Assembly (NCBI GenBank): GCA_951406725.2
Contig: OX597815.1
Span: 194,804,001 to 194,868,000, forward strand
Reading direction: 5' to 3'
DNA length: 64,000 bases
Source: Octopus vulgaris
Lineage: Eukaryota
The notes beneath the pieces are model-generated. The model had not been told where the DNA came from. It did no database searches and worked only from the letters and a program-made list of their open reading frames with translations. This document shows, piece after piece, positions 13,010-25,946 of this stretch (positions are counted from its first letter, which is position 1; each line of letters opens with the position of its first letter). Position numbers and translations under genes: made by a program.

Positions 13010-13242
13010 TTATTTTTTACTACCCACAAGGGGCTGAAAACAGACGGGACAAACAAGGGCAGACAAACGGATTAAGTCAATTACATCGACCCCAGTGCGT
13101 AACTAGTACTTAAGTTATCGACCCCGAAAGGATGAAAGGCAAAGTCAACCTCGGCGGAATTTGAACTCAAAACGTAACGGCAGACGAAATACCGCTAGAC
13201 ATTTCGCCCGACGTGCTAACGTTTCTACCAGCTCGCCGCCTT
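13010..13242 (-). mobile_element. SINE family A monomer (tRNA head, Meta-like core)
   Basis: Reverse complement reads ggcggcgagctgg..gagttcaaattccgccgagg..gcctttcatcctttcggggtcgat..ccttgtgggtagtaa. Confidence 0.9.
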
Positions 13243-13414
13243 TTGCTCGGTAATAATATTAAAGATAAGTTCTCATATATGTCATGAGGAATAGTATTTG
13301 TTTAGCCCAAATACTACTACGGATAAATCATGCAAAAGAGTGATATACATATTCAGTAATAGTCAAGAAAGGCGTATATATCTAATTATGCCTTTTGAAG
13401 TGAAGTAGTTATTG

Positions 13415-13488
13415 TCTACAAAACCTTATTTTGGACAAAGAATATTCCCTTTCGGGAATATTCTTTGTCCAAAATAAGGTTTTGTAGA
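13415..13488. repeat. Perfect 35-bp inverted repeat with a 4-nt loop
   Basis: tctacaaaaccttattttggacaaagaatattccc-tttc-gggaatattctttgtccaaaataaggttttgtaga. Confidence 0.97.
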
Positions 13489-14197
13489 TGCATCCGTTGA
13501 GAATATTCCAGATCTATGTGAATCTAATTACTTCCACTCGAAAACAATCAATCAAGTCATCCCTTAATTACTTGTTCATAAAAGCACAAGATATTGATGT
13601 CTTAATTTCGCCTTCATTATTGAATACCTCTTTAGCCCAAGTAATGTAATTTATATAATTATCATTATTAATTACATTGCTAAAATGAATCATTTCTGCT
13701 ATTCCCAGAATTATTGGTATCTATTATTTTCTGAAGAGCAAAGATCCCAAAACGTTTCCTTATTAATTTCCTTGTAAATTTCCAAATTTATTTCTGTAAT
13801 TAGAAGACGTTGTGACTGATTGAGCTGGTAAGGATGTTTACCTTTCCAATTAAGTAAACAGCATAGATCCGTATCTTCTCACCTGTATTAGCTGCGCTTT
13901 TGTGGCCAATCTTGAATACGAAAAACTGGTATATCGTATATATTCAACTAAAGGCACCCATTTTATAATTTATAAGTTACGGCAACTAAATTATTTAATT
14001 TTGAAAAAAAAATGTTAAAATATAATGTGTTAATATGCATATAGGACTATGCAATCAACAACTTCGTTCAGCAACCACGTGGTTTCGGTTTCCATAGCAC
14101 TTATCGTCTGTTACTGTATACACTGATCGTCAAATATCTTCTGAATAGAATATGGTTGATTGAAAAAATGAAGCTGTCAGGCGTATCTGTAAGTGTT

Positions 14198-14510
14198 ATA
14201 CATACATACATACATACATACATACATACATACATAAATACATACATATACATACATACATACACACACGCACACGCATACATAATACATACATACGTAC
14301 ATACATAAATACATACATATACATACATACACACACACACATACATACATACATATGTACATACACACACACATACATACATACATACATACACATACAT
14401 ACATACACACATACATACATACATACGTACATACACACACACATACATACATACATACATACATACACACACATACATACATACATACATACACACATAC
14501 ATACATACAT
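14198..14510. repeat. (CATA)n/(CA)n microsatellite
   Basis: Direct reading. Confidence 0.97.
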
Positions 14511-15849
14511 GCATGCATGTGTGTATGATGTCTGCATGTGTGAAAAAGAAACACGAGATACTTTACGTAATAAATAGCAGTAAAAAGTATGAACGCTATC
14601 ACGAAAACAAAAATAGACTTAAGATAAGCACCGAGTTACACATTGGTATATTTGTTCTGCACACAGTTATAACCACTCGTCTGCTACTCTAGATGACCAA
14701 ATACAAGAAGCTAGTGATTGGTCCATTTGGAATCTGAAATCAGCAATTCGAATGCTCACCTAATGTAATATAAAAACCATAAACTATCCAAATCGGCGTT
14801 TACGAGTCTGTGTTTCTCTCAAATACCCTTTCGTATGCAGACAGAAATCAGTTGTTGGTTACAACATCAAAATATCTCAGCTAGCACTTTCAGGCTTGAT
14901 ACTCCTATTTTCAATTATGTGGCAAATTTAACTAATCTAGATTTAATTAAATGGATAAAAGCGAACAACGTATAGAACTGGTAGTGTGATATCAGCGCTC
15001 TTACGTGTCCTTATATATCAAAGGCGATGAGAAATTATCGACATTAAAATAAAGTCGTTTACTGAAATATGAAAGCTGTGAAAAGCAGGAAGACTTTTAA
15101 TATGTTCCATAATTGATATTATTGAAATGGGTCTTTTTATCTAGTGATAACGACCTAGAGTCGAAATTCAATCATTGGTTATCGATGTTGCTTTCAAGAG
15201 TAGTCTAACATTTGAAGGTCTTCTGAAAGTTGGTCTAATTTTCTGTTTCTTAGTCAGCGCAATATCTCCTGATTCTCCCCTCAGACGAAGTAATATAATT
15301 ATCAGGATGTGCTGAGTAATATGAACAAACTTTATTTTTTTCAGAGTGTGACTTCTCTTCACGCATCTGATGCACCTCTTTCGTTTGGGATCTTACTTGT
15401 AAGACAGACTTCGACTCCCTTATCTTATGGGAAAGACAGCCTTGGACTTCCTTATCGCCGGTTCCCTGCTCTGACAATGAGCCGAGTTTCCAATTATCTT
15501 TGGACCCACACAATGGTGTTCTGTAAACAACAATTTCTGAATTTTACTGTTGACAGTATTACCTTCTCCTTGTGTCTATGTTTTCAGGTCCCTTGGGGGT
15601 AGACTTCAATAGGCAACGATAAAAAGTAAAGCAACTAATTTTTCTACCGTGTCAGAACAGTCTGTTTGTTTTCAGCTGTCACAGTCAGTACCATCTCCAG
15701 AAGAACTTTGCAGTCTCCAGTGACCAGGAAATTGTACATATGAACAGAAAACTCATCCGCCCATAGTTTACTTCGTGCTACCTCGACATTTGGCTCATAC
15801 GCTTTCTCTAGTTACAAGCCAAGACACAAGATTGTTATGTATGTCATGT

Positions 15850-16059
15850 CTTTACTCTTTTTACATTTTTACTTGTTTCATTCATTTGACTGTGGCCATG
15901 CTGGAGCAACACCTTTAGTCGAGCAAATCGACCCCTGGACTTATTTTTTCTAAACCTAGTACTTATTCTATCGGTCCCTTTGCCGAACCACAAAGTTACG
16001 GGGACGTGAACACACCAGCATCGGTTGGGGGACAAACACAGACACACAAACATATACAG

Positions 16060-16095
<36 letters not shown>

Positions 16096-16222
16096 GACGG
16101 GTCGCCCGGAGGCTATAGTAGAAGACACATACCCAAGGTGCCACGCAGTGGGACTGAAACCGGAACCTGGAACATGTGGTTGGTAAGCAAGCTATTTACC
16201 ACACAGCCACTTCTACACCTAT
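15850..16222 (-). mobile_element. SINE family B with internal deletion
   Basis: Matches 56863-57260. Confidence 0.88.
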
Positions 16223-16999
16223 AATATTTATCGGCTATAATATTTATATATTTCGTCTCACATGCGACACTAGCCTGCCGGCAGGTATGTAATATGTGAT
16301 CATTTGGATTACTAGCCTGCCGGCAGGTATGTGAGATGTCATCATGCAGATCGTGACAGATATCGGATAGTGTTTCCTCCAGTGCTTTCTGTATGGGTGT
16401 ATAGAACCTTACATGTTTTGAAGTTTAAAAAATACCTAAGATACTGGTTTCTGGACAATACATCGAGCAAAAGGACGCTGTCCATTATAACAGTCCTCGT
16501 TCATGTTCTTTTCTTTAGCCGATCTACATCGCTAAGTGTTTTTGGATTGGCAAGTGTTTGGAAAATTGCAGCAACTGGTCTTACTATTAGTGTTATAAGA
16601 AATATCGTTATTTTTTTTTCAATTGCTAAAATGTCTGTCACGTTTGCTCACTCTGTTTATTCAATCTTTTCTCATTTTTTTCTTCTACATTAGGCTGCTT
16701 TATTGTTTGTAAAATTTTAATGGCAATTCTTGGGATGGCAGTGAGTACTATCTCAATTGTTGCTTGCATCTTTCAGTGATACCCAGGGAAAAGAAGCCAC
16801 CATGAATAATTAAGAAACGCACAAAAAAAAAAAAAAGATCTATATTTTTCCTTCTCAGCTAAATGAGGCGTATACTCAAATGTACTAAATATTTCTATTG
16901 ACTATCTGATTCCAAAAAGCTCTTTAGTCAAATATATCGTAGTAAGATGTCATTTGTTGTGAAGCTTCTTCTAAGACGGCCATATAATTCACCAACTAA

Positions 17000-19165
17000 C
17001 AATAGCAATAGAGAACAACAACCAAATATATATTTTTTGTAAATGAATAATTTGGTGTGTTTATTTTAATGCCTATCAATGTATACAATACGTTTCTTTG
17101 TTCTAGGTAACACACACGTGTGAAACTTGATAAAAACAATAAAATTTGTAAACATAATGAAGGCTAACGCAACGTTAAATTATGTGAGGGAAAACGAAAT
17201 AATTATACAGCAGCCACGGTAGTTAGTAAAGAAAGTGTGTATTTCCTAGATCTCTTGATATAGACAAGTGGAAATCCAAAGCAAACATTGTAATAAACAT
17301 GCAGGAAAGATAGAAATTAGGAGAAATACATTCCTCTTTCATAACTAAATCAATAAATAAACGACACAACTGAAAAATAAAAAGAATAGACAATAAAACA
17401 AAATGTATCGAAAGCGATGTACCCAAGATCAAAGAACGTCTGTAACAACAGATCTTTGTTAAATTACAAAGAATCCGACGGTATGAAAAGCGACAACGAT
17501 TCTTTCAACAAAACATTCGACTCCAACCCAATAGTAGCTAAAATAAGATGGAAAAAAATCAATGCAATTCCAACAAGGAAAGCAGATAAACTCTGAGGTA
17601 ATCAGCGTTGATGAGATTATTCAAAGTAACAAACACCACATCTGGAAAATCGTAGGCGTCCATATTAAATCATAAGTAGACAAGACTGATGTAAGGTGGC
17701 GAGCTGGCAGAAATGTTAGCACGCCGGGCGAAATGCGTAGCCGTTACATTGTGAGTTCAAATTCCGCCGAGGTCGACTTTGCCTTTCATCCTTTCGGGGT
17801 CGATTAAATAAGTACCAGTTAAGCACTGAGGTCGATTTAATCGACTTAATCCGCCGTTTGTCTGTCCTTGTTTGTCCCATCTATGTTTATCCTCTTGTGG
17901 GTAATAAAGAAATAGGTATTTCGTCTGCCGCTACGTTCTGAGTTCAAATTCCGCCGAGGTCGACTTTGCCTTTCATACTTTCGGGGTCGATTAAATAAGT
18001 ACCAGTGAAGCACTGGGGTCGATGTAATCGACTTAATCCGTTTGTCTGTCCTTGTTTGTTCCCTCTATGTTTCGCCCCTTGTGGGTAATAAAGAAATATG
18101 TATTTCGTCTGCCGCTACGTTCTGAGTTGAAATTCCGCCGAGGTCGACTTTGCCTTTCATCCTTTCGGGGTCGATAAAATAAGTACCAGTTACGCACTGG
18201 GGTCGATATAATAGACTTAATCCGTTTGGCTCTCCTTGTTGGAACTCTCTGTGTGTAGCCTCTTGTGGGCAGTAAAGAAATGATAAGAGACTGCTGTAAA
18301 GGTTGATATGGCTGGAAAAGGAAATACTGATCAATAAAGCTACGAATGAAGAATGTAGAAGAAGAACAGTCGAGGCATCTCATGGATTGAAATTGTTGAA
18401 TATGTTCGGCAGATATAATACAGTACCATTAAACACGCAATTACATCAAATATGGTATGAGTAGACAGCACACAATTATGAAGATTATAAACAATTAATC
18501 TAAACATGTTAGACGAGAGTAGACTTTGGTACAAATGTAAACAATGAATGTTCGTTTTAGACGGTTAATTTGAAGTTGCCACTTGCTTCCCATTAAAAAA
18601 TTAAAATCATTCATAACGACAGTAACATTAAGTTATTAATTGCGTTTTGGGTGTATATCAAAAGAGAATTAAATCCGATTAATGAAGTAATAGATTGCCA
18701 ATATAGAAGTTATACTTCTAAATAGGTTATAAAACTGGTCGTTACGGGATTAGCACGATTGGCAAGTGAAACAAGAAAATGACAATAACATTTAGAATAC
18801 ACCACTCAAAATCTGACTGGAAGTTTATAATTATCGTGAATACAAGGTTATACGCTTCTCTACTATTAGAAAAATACTATAAAATAACAATGAAAACAAA
18901 GCCAAGAAAACTAGTAAAATAATTACAGAAGTCAAACGATTATAAATATTTCGAGAAAACTAAGAAATACAAAGGTAAACCCGAAATAACACATTGCAAT
19001 AAGGCGAAATTAGAACCAGTACAGCTTCTGAAAAAGCTAAAATCTAATCCAAATTGCGTATTGAATTGATGGATCTCACAAGAATAACACTCGAAGGAAA
19101 TAAACAGGGTAGAAATAGCCAAGGAAAAGTCACAAATTTGGCTAGAGGAACTCAAGAATTTAAAC
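17000..19165 (+). mobile_element. Heavily decayed R4/Dong-type (RLE) retrotransposon, interrupted by a SINE array
   Basis: IKERL*QQIFVKLQRIRRYEKRQRFFQQN (17430-17515); CCKG*YG..ILINKA.NEECRRR..SWIE (18290-18400); EIAKEKSQIWL (19110-19145). Confidence 0.7.
17693..18282 (+). mobile_element. SINE family A concatemer: head plus 3 units of ~184 bp
   Basis: Junctions aagaaataggtatttcgtctg at about 17907-17927 and the variant aagaaatatgtatttcgtctg at about 18091-18111. Confidence 0.92.
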
Positions 19166-19227
19166 TGACCACGACAAAAACAACAACTACAACTACAACA
19201 ACAGCAATAATAATAATAATAATAATC

Positions 19228-19592
19228 CTTTGTACTATAGGCACAAGGCTTGGAACTTGGAGGAGGCGACTAGTTGGTTATATCAACCCCTGTGTTTCAC
19301 TGATAATTAATTTATGGATGAAAAGCTAAATCGACCTCTGCGGAGTTTGAACTCAGAACCGAAAGACGGGTGAAATGCCGCTAAGCATTTTGTCCGGCGT
19401 GCTAACGATTCCGCCAGCTCGCCGCCTTAACAACAACAACAACAGCAACAATAATAATAATAGAATAATATAATAAGGGAAGCCATGTTGGAGGAGGGGA
19501 TGAGTCGATTATATCGACCCCTACGTTCAACTGGTACTTACTTTATCAACCCCATTTTGTCTGACGTGCTAACTATTGTGCCAGCTCGCCGC
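19228..19592 (-). mobile_element. Two older SINE family A (short-tail) copies within (TAA)/(CAA)n
   Basis: tactataggcacaaggc..gctaacgattccgccagctcgccgcc. Confidence 0.8.
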
Positions 19593-19598
19593 CTACAC

Positions 19599-19649
<51 letters not shown>

Positions 19650-20642
19650 TATTATTATTATAACAACAATAACAATTGGTTCTTCACGAAGGAAGAATGG
19701 TTACATGTATGGCATTAAAACACCAGAACTTGAAATGTACACATAATACAGAAAATTTGACTACGGGCATTGCGTACAGATTACATAATGTATTGTTAAT
19801 ACAAAATAAATAGAAGACTATGACGAAATGTTTCACGTGTCCAAGATACATAAGGCTGCGCTCGCAAGTACAGTAACATTACACAATAAAAATATGTGAC
19901 GATGAATGTAAAAAATAAGAGAAATATAAACAATTGTATTTGAAAAAATAAGAGAAATATAAACAATTGTATTTGATGAATCAATGTTAGGTAGGGAGGT
20001 ATTTTGCAAATGTTTTTCTTTCAGAAGTGTTGTAGTATATTAAAGGTTTTCCTACAATTTCGTTCCATAATCAAACTTCTGAAATATGTAACACTTGAGG
20101 AAAGAGCAAAAGTAGAACATTATAGATTATTTCTTACATCAAAATAATTGACTCATAATACATAATAATTACTGTATAATGCCTAATAATTACTGCATTA
20201 ATGAGAGTTAGGAAACGTTACAAGTACTTAACGGTAAGACTATCAGAAACTCCTTACAATATTGATTAACAAATGTCATCAGAAAGTTTCCAAATGAACT
20301 AATCAAAACTTGGCTGGTCACCTGTAGGTTATTTAGACACTGCAAATACACTCATTTGTCGTACAACAATTGTCTTCATGTTATTCAATTAAATGCGGAA
20401 AGGAACTCGATTAAGACAATGTTTGTATAACTGACCACTTAACCTAATCACTTAAGTGCATGCTTGAAATTTAAATATTAGATAAACATTGTGACAATGA
20501 GACGTTCAAGTGGAAGATGCTTAAGAGAAGGAAACTATTTTGAAGAGGACTCCATGTGATGTGGTCACTCAATGATCACAAGAATTGCTAGAAATAAGAG
20601 TTAAATATACCTCAAATCACATACTGCCGTCATAAAAGATGA

Positions 20643-21023
20643 TGGAAGCACTCCGTCGGTTACGAGGACGAGGGTTCCGGTTGATCCGATCAACGGAACA
20701 GCCTGCTCGTGAAATTAACGTGTAAGTGGCTGAGCATTCCACAGACACGTGTACTCTTAACGTAGTTCTCGGGGATATTCAGTGTGACACAGAGAGTGAC
20801 AAGGCCGGCCCTTTGAAATACAGGTACAACAGAAACAGGAAGTAAGAGTGAGAGAAAGTTGTGGTGAAAGAGTACAGCAGGGATCACCACCATCCCTGCC
20901 GGAGCTTCATGGAGCTTTAGGTGTTTTCGCTCAATAAACACTCACAACGCCCGGTCTGGGAATCGAAACTGCGATCCTATGACCGCGAGTCCGCTGCCCT
21001 AACTACTGGGCCATTGCGCCTCC
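20643..21023 (-). mobile_element. tRNA-derived SINE family C (tail 3)
   Basis: Head ggaggcgcaatggcccagtagttagg (A box) and gtttcgattccc (B box); near-identical to 38256-38642. Confidence 0.92.
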
Positions 21024-21204
21024 ACTGTCATAAAAGAGGATCCAATGTGAAAAGAGAAATCAGTATGGTTTGGTGAAACATGCAATGTTATTGACCATAA
21101 GTTCGTTTCACACGTTTTTAGCATCATTATCTGAAATTGTTTTTCATTAATATTTTTAATATTGTCGTAAGATTTGAGTAATAAAGCAGACAAGCAACAA
21201 TGAA

Positions 21205-21677
21205 AAGTGTTGTGAAAGACCAAAACAATAAAGTTTGCTTATTGATCGACATGAGCATCCCCTGTGATCATAATATTTCAGCGAAAGAGTTTGACAAGCT
21301 CAGAAAATATGAAGACCTACTCATTGAAATTGAGAAAATGTGGCATCTCAAGGCGGTTACAATACCAGTAATCGTAGGAGCACTAGGAATGATCAAGAAG
21401 GGAACCGAAAATTATATGAGAATGATCCCTGGCTTACCATCCCTGCAAGAAGTGCAAAAGATTGTCTTAACTGGTACATCACACGTATTGAGAAGAGCAT
21501 TGTCGATGTGAGAACTGTTGCTGCTCATGTATTTTAATTTAACTTAAAAAAAAAAAAAATGAACGAACTATTGAGTTTGGTTTAATGGCCTACCAATGTA
21601 TACTATGAGTTTCTTTGCCCTAGGAGTCGAGAAGACACTCGGCAAGAAATGGAAGCAAATTTGAAAGAAGAAAAAAA

Positions 21678-21714
<37 letters not shown>

Positions 21715-21716
21715 TG

Positions 21717-21762
<46 letters not shown>

Positions 21763-21787
21763 TAATAATAATGATGATAATAATAAG
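21205..21787 (+). mobile_element. 5'-truncated R4/Dong element 1: RLE C-terminus, 3' UTR and (TAA)n
   Basis: CLLIDMSIPCDHNISAKEFDKLRKYEDLLIEIEKMW..IPVIVGALG..LQEVQKIVLTGTSHVLRRAL. Confidence 0.93.
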
Positions 21788-22609
21788 TGAAGGTTTCATA
21801 TTAGCTGCTCAAGACCAAAGCTTATTAACCCGGAACTACCAAGCCAATGTGATGAAAAATGGAGCTGACCCAAAATGCCGATTCTGTAACGGTGAGATTG
21901 AAACAATAGACACCTAATCTCAGGGTGTAGAGTCTTAGCACCTGTAGAATATAAAGCAAGACATGACAGAGTCGGCCAGTATTTACATTGGACAATATGT
22001 CGGCATTCTAAAATCAAAACCGCTGACAAATGGTATAAACACCATCCTGAAGCTGTGACTGAGGGAGAAAATGTGTCGATTCTATGAAACTTCCCCGTGC
22101 AGACCGACAGTACTATAAAAGCTAATAGACCGGATATTATTATAAAAGATCAGACAAAAAGGATGTGTTTATTAATTGACATGAGTATTCCCTGTGATCA
22201 CAATATAGCGGCGAAAGAATTTGACAAGATTAGTAAATATAAAGACCTGCTAATGGAAATTGAAAAAATGTGGCATCTCAAGGCGACTACAGTACCAGTG
22301 ATTGTAGGATCTCTGGGAATGATGAAAAAGGTACTGAAACCTATTTGAAAATGATTCCAGGCTTACCATCCCTACAGGAAGTGCAAAAAATCGTATTAAC
22401 TGGAACGGCTCATGCACTGAGAAGAGCACTATCGCTGTGAAAATAACATCCAACCTTGAATTTATTTATTTATTAATTTTTAAATACATATTTTATCTTT
22501 GAATTTGCGTTTGTAATCTGGGAATGCATACAATGCCCTTCTCTGCTCTAGGTGTATGGAAAACACTCGGCGAGAAACGGAAGAAAATTTGAAGAAAGAA
22601 GGAAAAAAC

Positions 22610-22638
<29 letters not shown>
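21788..22638 (+). mobile_element. 5'-truncated R4/Dong element 2: CCHC finger plus RLE, disrupted
   Basis: EGFILAAQDQSL, CRFCNGEIETID/HLISGC, RHDRV, ANRPDIII, IDMSIP; frameshifts and a stop; (TAA)n on both sides. Confidence 0.95.
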
Positions 22639-22668
<30 letters not shown>

Positions 22669-22685
22669 AAGAAGAAGAAGAAGAA

Positions 22686-23090
22686 AAAAGGAAGAAAGCA
22701 AACTATGCTGGATCATAGATATAGCATGCCCGGCTGACAACAAGGTATGCGATAAGGAAGAAAGAAAAGCCGATAGATATGACAGGTTAGCTTGGGAGGT
22801 TAAGCAGTTGTGGTCAATGAAAAAGGTGGTAGTAGTACCAATAATTGTCGGAGCCCTGGGAACGGTGAGTAAAAATCTGGAGAAGTACATGGAACAAATA
22901 AGGGCTGCATTAAGGGTGGAGCACTTGCAGAAAATAGCACTAATTGAAACCGCTCGAATACTCCGGAAGGTGCTCGAAATATAAGAGGTGTTACCTTAGT
23001 TCACTGGTAGTGAATAGCTGACACCGTAGTACATCTCCAGTGTTAGAAGCTGTGCAAAGGAAATAATAATAATAATAATAATAATAATGA
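22686..23090 (+). mobile_element. 5'-truncated R4/Dong element 3 (different subfamily)
   Basis: CWIIDIACPADNKVCDKEERKADRYDRLAWEVKQLW..VPIIVGALG..LQKIALIETARILRKVL; (TAA)n tail. Confidence 0.92.
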
Positions 23091-23094
23091 TACT

Positions 23095-23372
23095 TTCTAC
23101 TATAGGCACAAGGCCTGAAATTTTTGGGGAGGGGACCAGTTGATTATATCATCCCCAGTGTTTCACTGGTAATTAATTTATCAACTTCAAAAAGATGAAA
23201 GGCACAGTCGAACAGAATTGTTTTACTCAGAAACTAGTGAGAGGTGAAATACCGCTAAGCATTTCGTCCGGCGCGCTAACGATTCTGGCAGCTCGCCACC
23301 TTAATAATAGCAATAATCGTTCTACTATAGACTCAAGGCCTGAAATTTGGCGGGAGGAGACTTGTCGATTAC
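23095..23372 (-). mobile_element. SINE family A short-tail copy plus a tail fragment
   Basis: ttctactataggcacaaggcctgaaattt occurs twice (second copy diverged); head gctaacgattctggcagctcgccacc. Confidence 0.8.
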
Positions 23373-25575
23373 GTGCCAAACAACAATAAGAAACTGCACT
23401 TCAGCAAAGTCCAGTGGGATGAATTTCACCTCCATCCATAAGTCGGAATGAGTCGTAAACAATAGCCTAGAAGCTTCAGTGAAGGCCTTCAACATCACGC
23501 ACAAAAGGAATATCTGATAGAAGCATTTGAAGAGAGACTGCAGCTTAATAACGGAGGGATGCCAGAAAGGAAAATACTTTTAGACCTTCCACTGACATTT
23601 GTATTCTTTGTTCACATTATGAAAGACACAAAAGTGTTCATATTCAACTAACCAGGTCCTCTGCGCATCCCCAGGGCCCGATAGCGTCAAGATGACCAGA
23701 TCCTCCACGTCATCGTCGTCTCGATGGCCGAACAACACTTTAAGTGTTCATGTGTGTGAGAAATACTCAAGTACTTACTAACGCAATGAGTAGGCCGTTC
23801 AATAGATCGATATCGATTAAATGGACGGCCATACGTCAAAACCAGCGACAGAACCCATCATATGTATCTGTGTGTGTGTGTGCGTATTCTGGCCTGCGCG
23901 TATGTGCCTTTATGTGTGAGAGATATCTTCTTTCTCTTTCATATCTCACTTTTTATTGCTGTCTCTTTTTATATCCACCATTCTGATTTTAACAGCTCTT
24001 CGTTCACCTTTTAGTTTCACTTTCTTTTTCCCCGTCTCGTCTGCTTCAGTTATTTACACCACAAGGCTATAAATTTATAGTTCTTTCTCAGTACCTATCT
24101 GTTCTTTAGAATCATTTACACTTGTTTGCTGCCACTTCTCAACGATTTGTACAAACACTTATTTCTTTCTCACACCTCCCCCTCCACCCCTCTTACTTTC
24201 TTTGTCTTCTTTTTCTTCGATCTCTCTTCCTCTCTTTCTTACACTTTACATTCTCTCAGTTTTCCATGTCCCTTGCAGTCTCTCCTTTTTATTTGTAGTT
24301 TCATACGTTCATAGACTCTAATTTGACACTGAGAGCTATTTCGAAAACTATTTAAGTTTTTACTTCGAAATTACATTTGTATTTAAGAACACGAATTGCT
24401 AATGAAACAGAACGTTACAATTGGCTGTGAGATGCATTTGAACGCGACCCCGCGACATTTGACTTCCAGCCTAAATCTATTAAAATTAACTGATATATTA
24501 TTGTCATAACTAACAATTTATATCAGCATCATCACCAACAACCCTACGTTAATCAAGTTAGCTCAAGACACATTTCTTCCTGATGATATCTTGAGCTAAC
24601 TGGATCCTATAAAGGAGCTGTCGTAGTAGCAGACTGAAGAGATGTATGCTCAAAGGGGGCTAGGTACACTGATGTAAACTATGATGATTTCATTATATTG
24701 AGTACATGTTTGAGGATATTAAACTCAAAAGATATGGCCGGTGTCAAACTTACTGCACCGAAGGCAAATAATCTTTCAGCAGAATTCTTGAGAGAGAGAC
24801 ATCATTCTCGCGCATTATCAGCATATGGCACTGTCAATGAATCTAAACTTATCGCGAACCTGAAAGTCGAATATTATGCTATTTTGAAAGGGCTTGTCCA
24901 CCAAGAAAACAGAATTGCTCTTCATGTTGTATGGCTGAGCTAGAATGAATCTCCAAAACAAACATACAACTTCCTAATCATATTTTTGCTTCGCAATGAT
25001 AGGCATCAACTAGGTACAGCTGTTTCAGCTGTTTATTGAAGTAAACATTTTTCTGGGTGCTGTACGATGCACTTGTTCGTGAGCCTTTTTGAGAACTGGG
25101 CAAATTTCATGCCCATTCTAAATATTTTATTTTAAAGAGTGAACAAAATGAACAAAGGAGTTCTTGATAAATCTACGAGTCCTGAACAAAATATCAAAGG
25201 ACTGTGTGGCTACAGATCTTTAATATGAGGTGAGGTAGAGCTGTCGACAAGCGATGATGAAATAAACGTTTATTTTGTTGCGTCAAAGTTAAATCTCTTT
25301 AAATAAATATGTATAAATACGAGGGTCCATAATTTTGTGACCCACTGTTTGACCAAAATTGCCAAATGTGTGTTAGATGTTGGAGATTGAAAGATTTCCT
25401 TCCAATATTAATGACCCCATTGAATAGATCCTATAAGCCGAGTGTTTAAGACAACAGGTGAATTGATAACAAAGGTATTATTCAACTTGCAGCATAATGA
25501 GCGATCTCACTCTTGCTGTAGACAGCATATTCTCTATATAGTCTTTCGTCAGTACAAGTGTTAGCTAATATATTA

Positions 25576-25716
25576 TTAGGTTGTCCCAAAAGTTCGTAAA
25601 CACTTGCGAAAATTGAATTTTTACTCGCCAAGTACTAACAAAAACAACAAAAATTATTCCTCAAAATAAAGACCATTATTTTCCAAGACTTTCTACGAAC
25701 TTTTGGGACAACCTTA
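25576..25716. mobile_element. Mariner-type MITE, 141 bp
   Basis: TIRs ttaggttgtcccaaaagttcgta / tacgaacttttgggacaacctta with TA on both flanks. Confidence 0.9.
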
Positions 25717-25841
25717 TAATTACATTACACCGAAGTCGTTCAAGAGTGAAAAATGTTAGGCATTAAATGTCATCATTCTAAGTTAGGAAGAGAACTATGG
25801 ATTCAAAGAAAAACAGAGATAGAACCATATTTAGCTACAGC

Positions 25842-25946
25842 GATAAGAATAATGTCGATTAGAATAATGTTGATAAGAATAATGTTGATAAGAATAATGT
25901 TGATAAGAATAATGTCGATACGAATAATGTTGATAAGAATAATGTT
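25842..25946. repeat. 15-bp minisatellite (gataagaataatgtY) x7
   Basis: Direct reading. Confidence 0.93.

Noticed and set aside
16269-16332. Two 22-bp direct repeats containing the palindrome cctgccggcagg with a 20-bp spacer (CRISPR-like)
   Set aside because: Only two units, no cas genes, eukaryotic context; a local duplication
20940-21023. tRNA-like sequences at SINE 5' ends
   Set aside because: They are A/B-box SINE heads continuous with SINE bodies and do not form a proper cloverleaf
24556-24602. 13-bp inverted repeat enclosing CTGATGA
   Set aside because: No GAAA or stem II, so not a hammerhead
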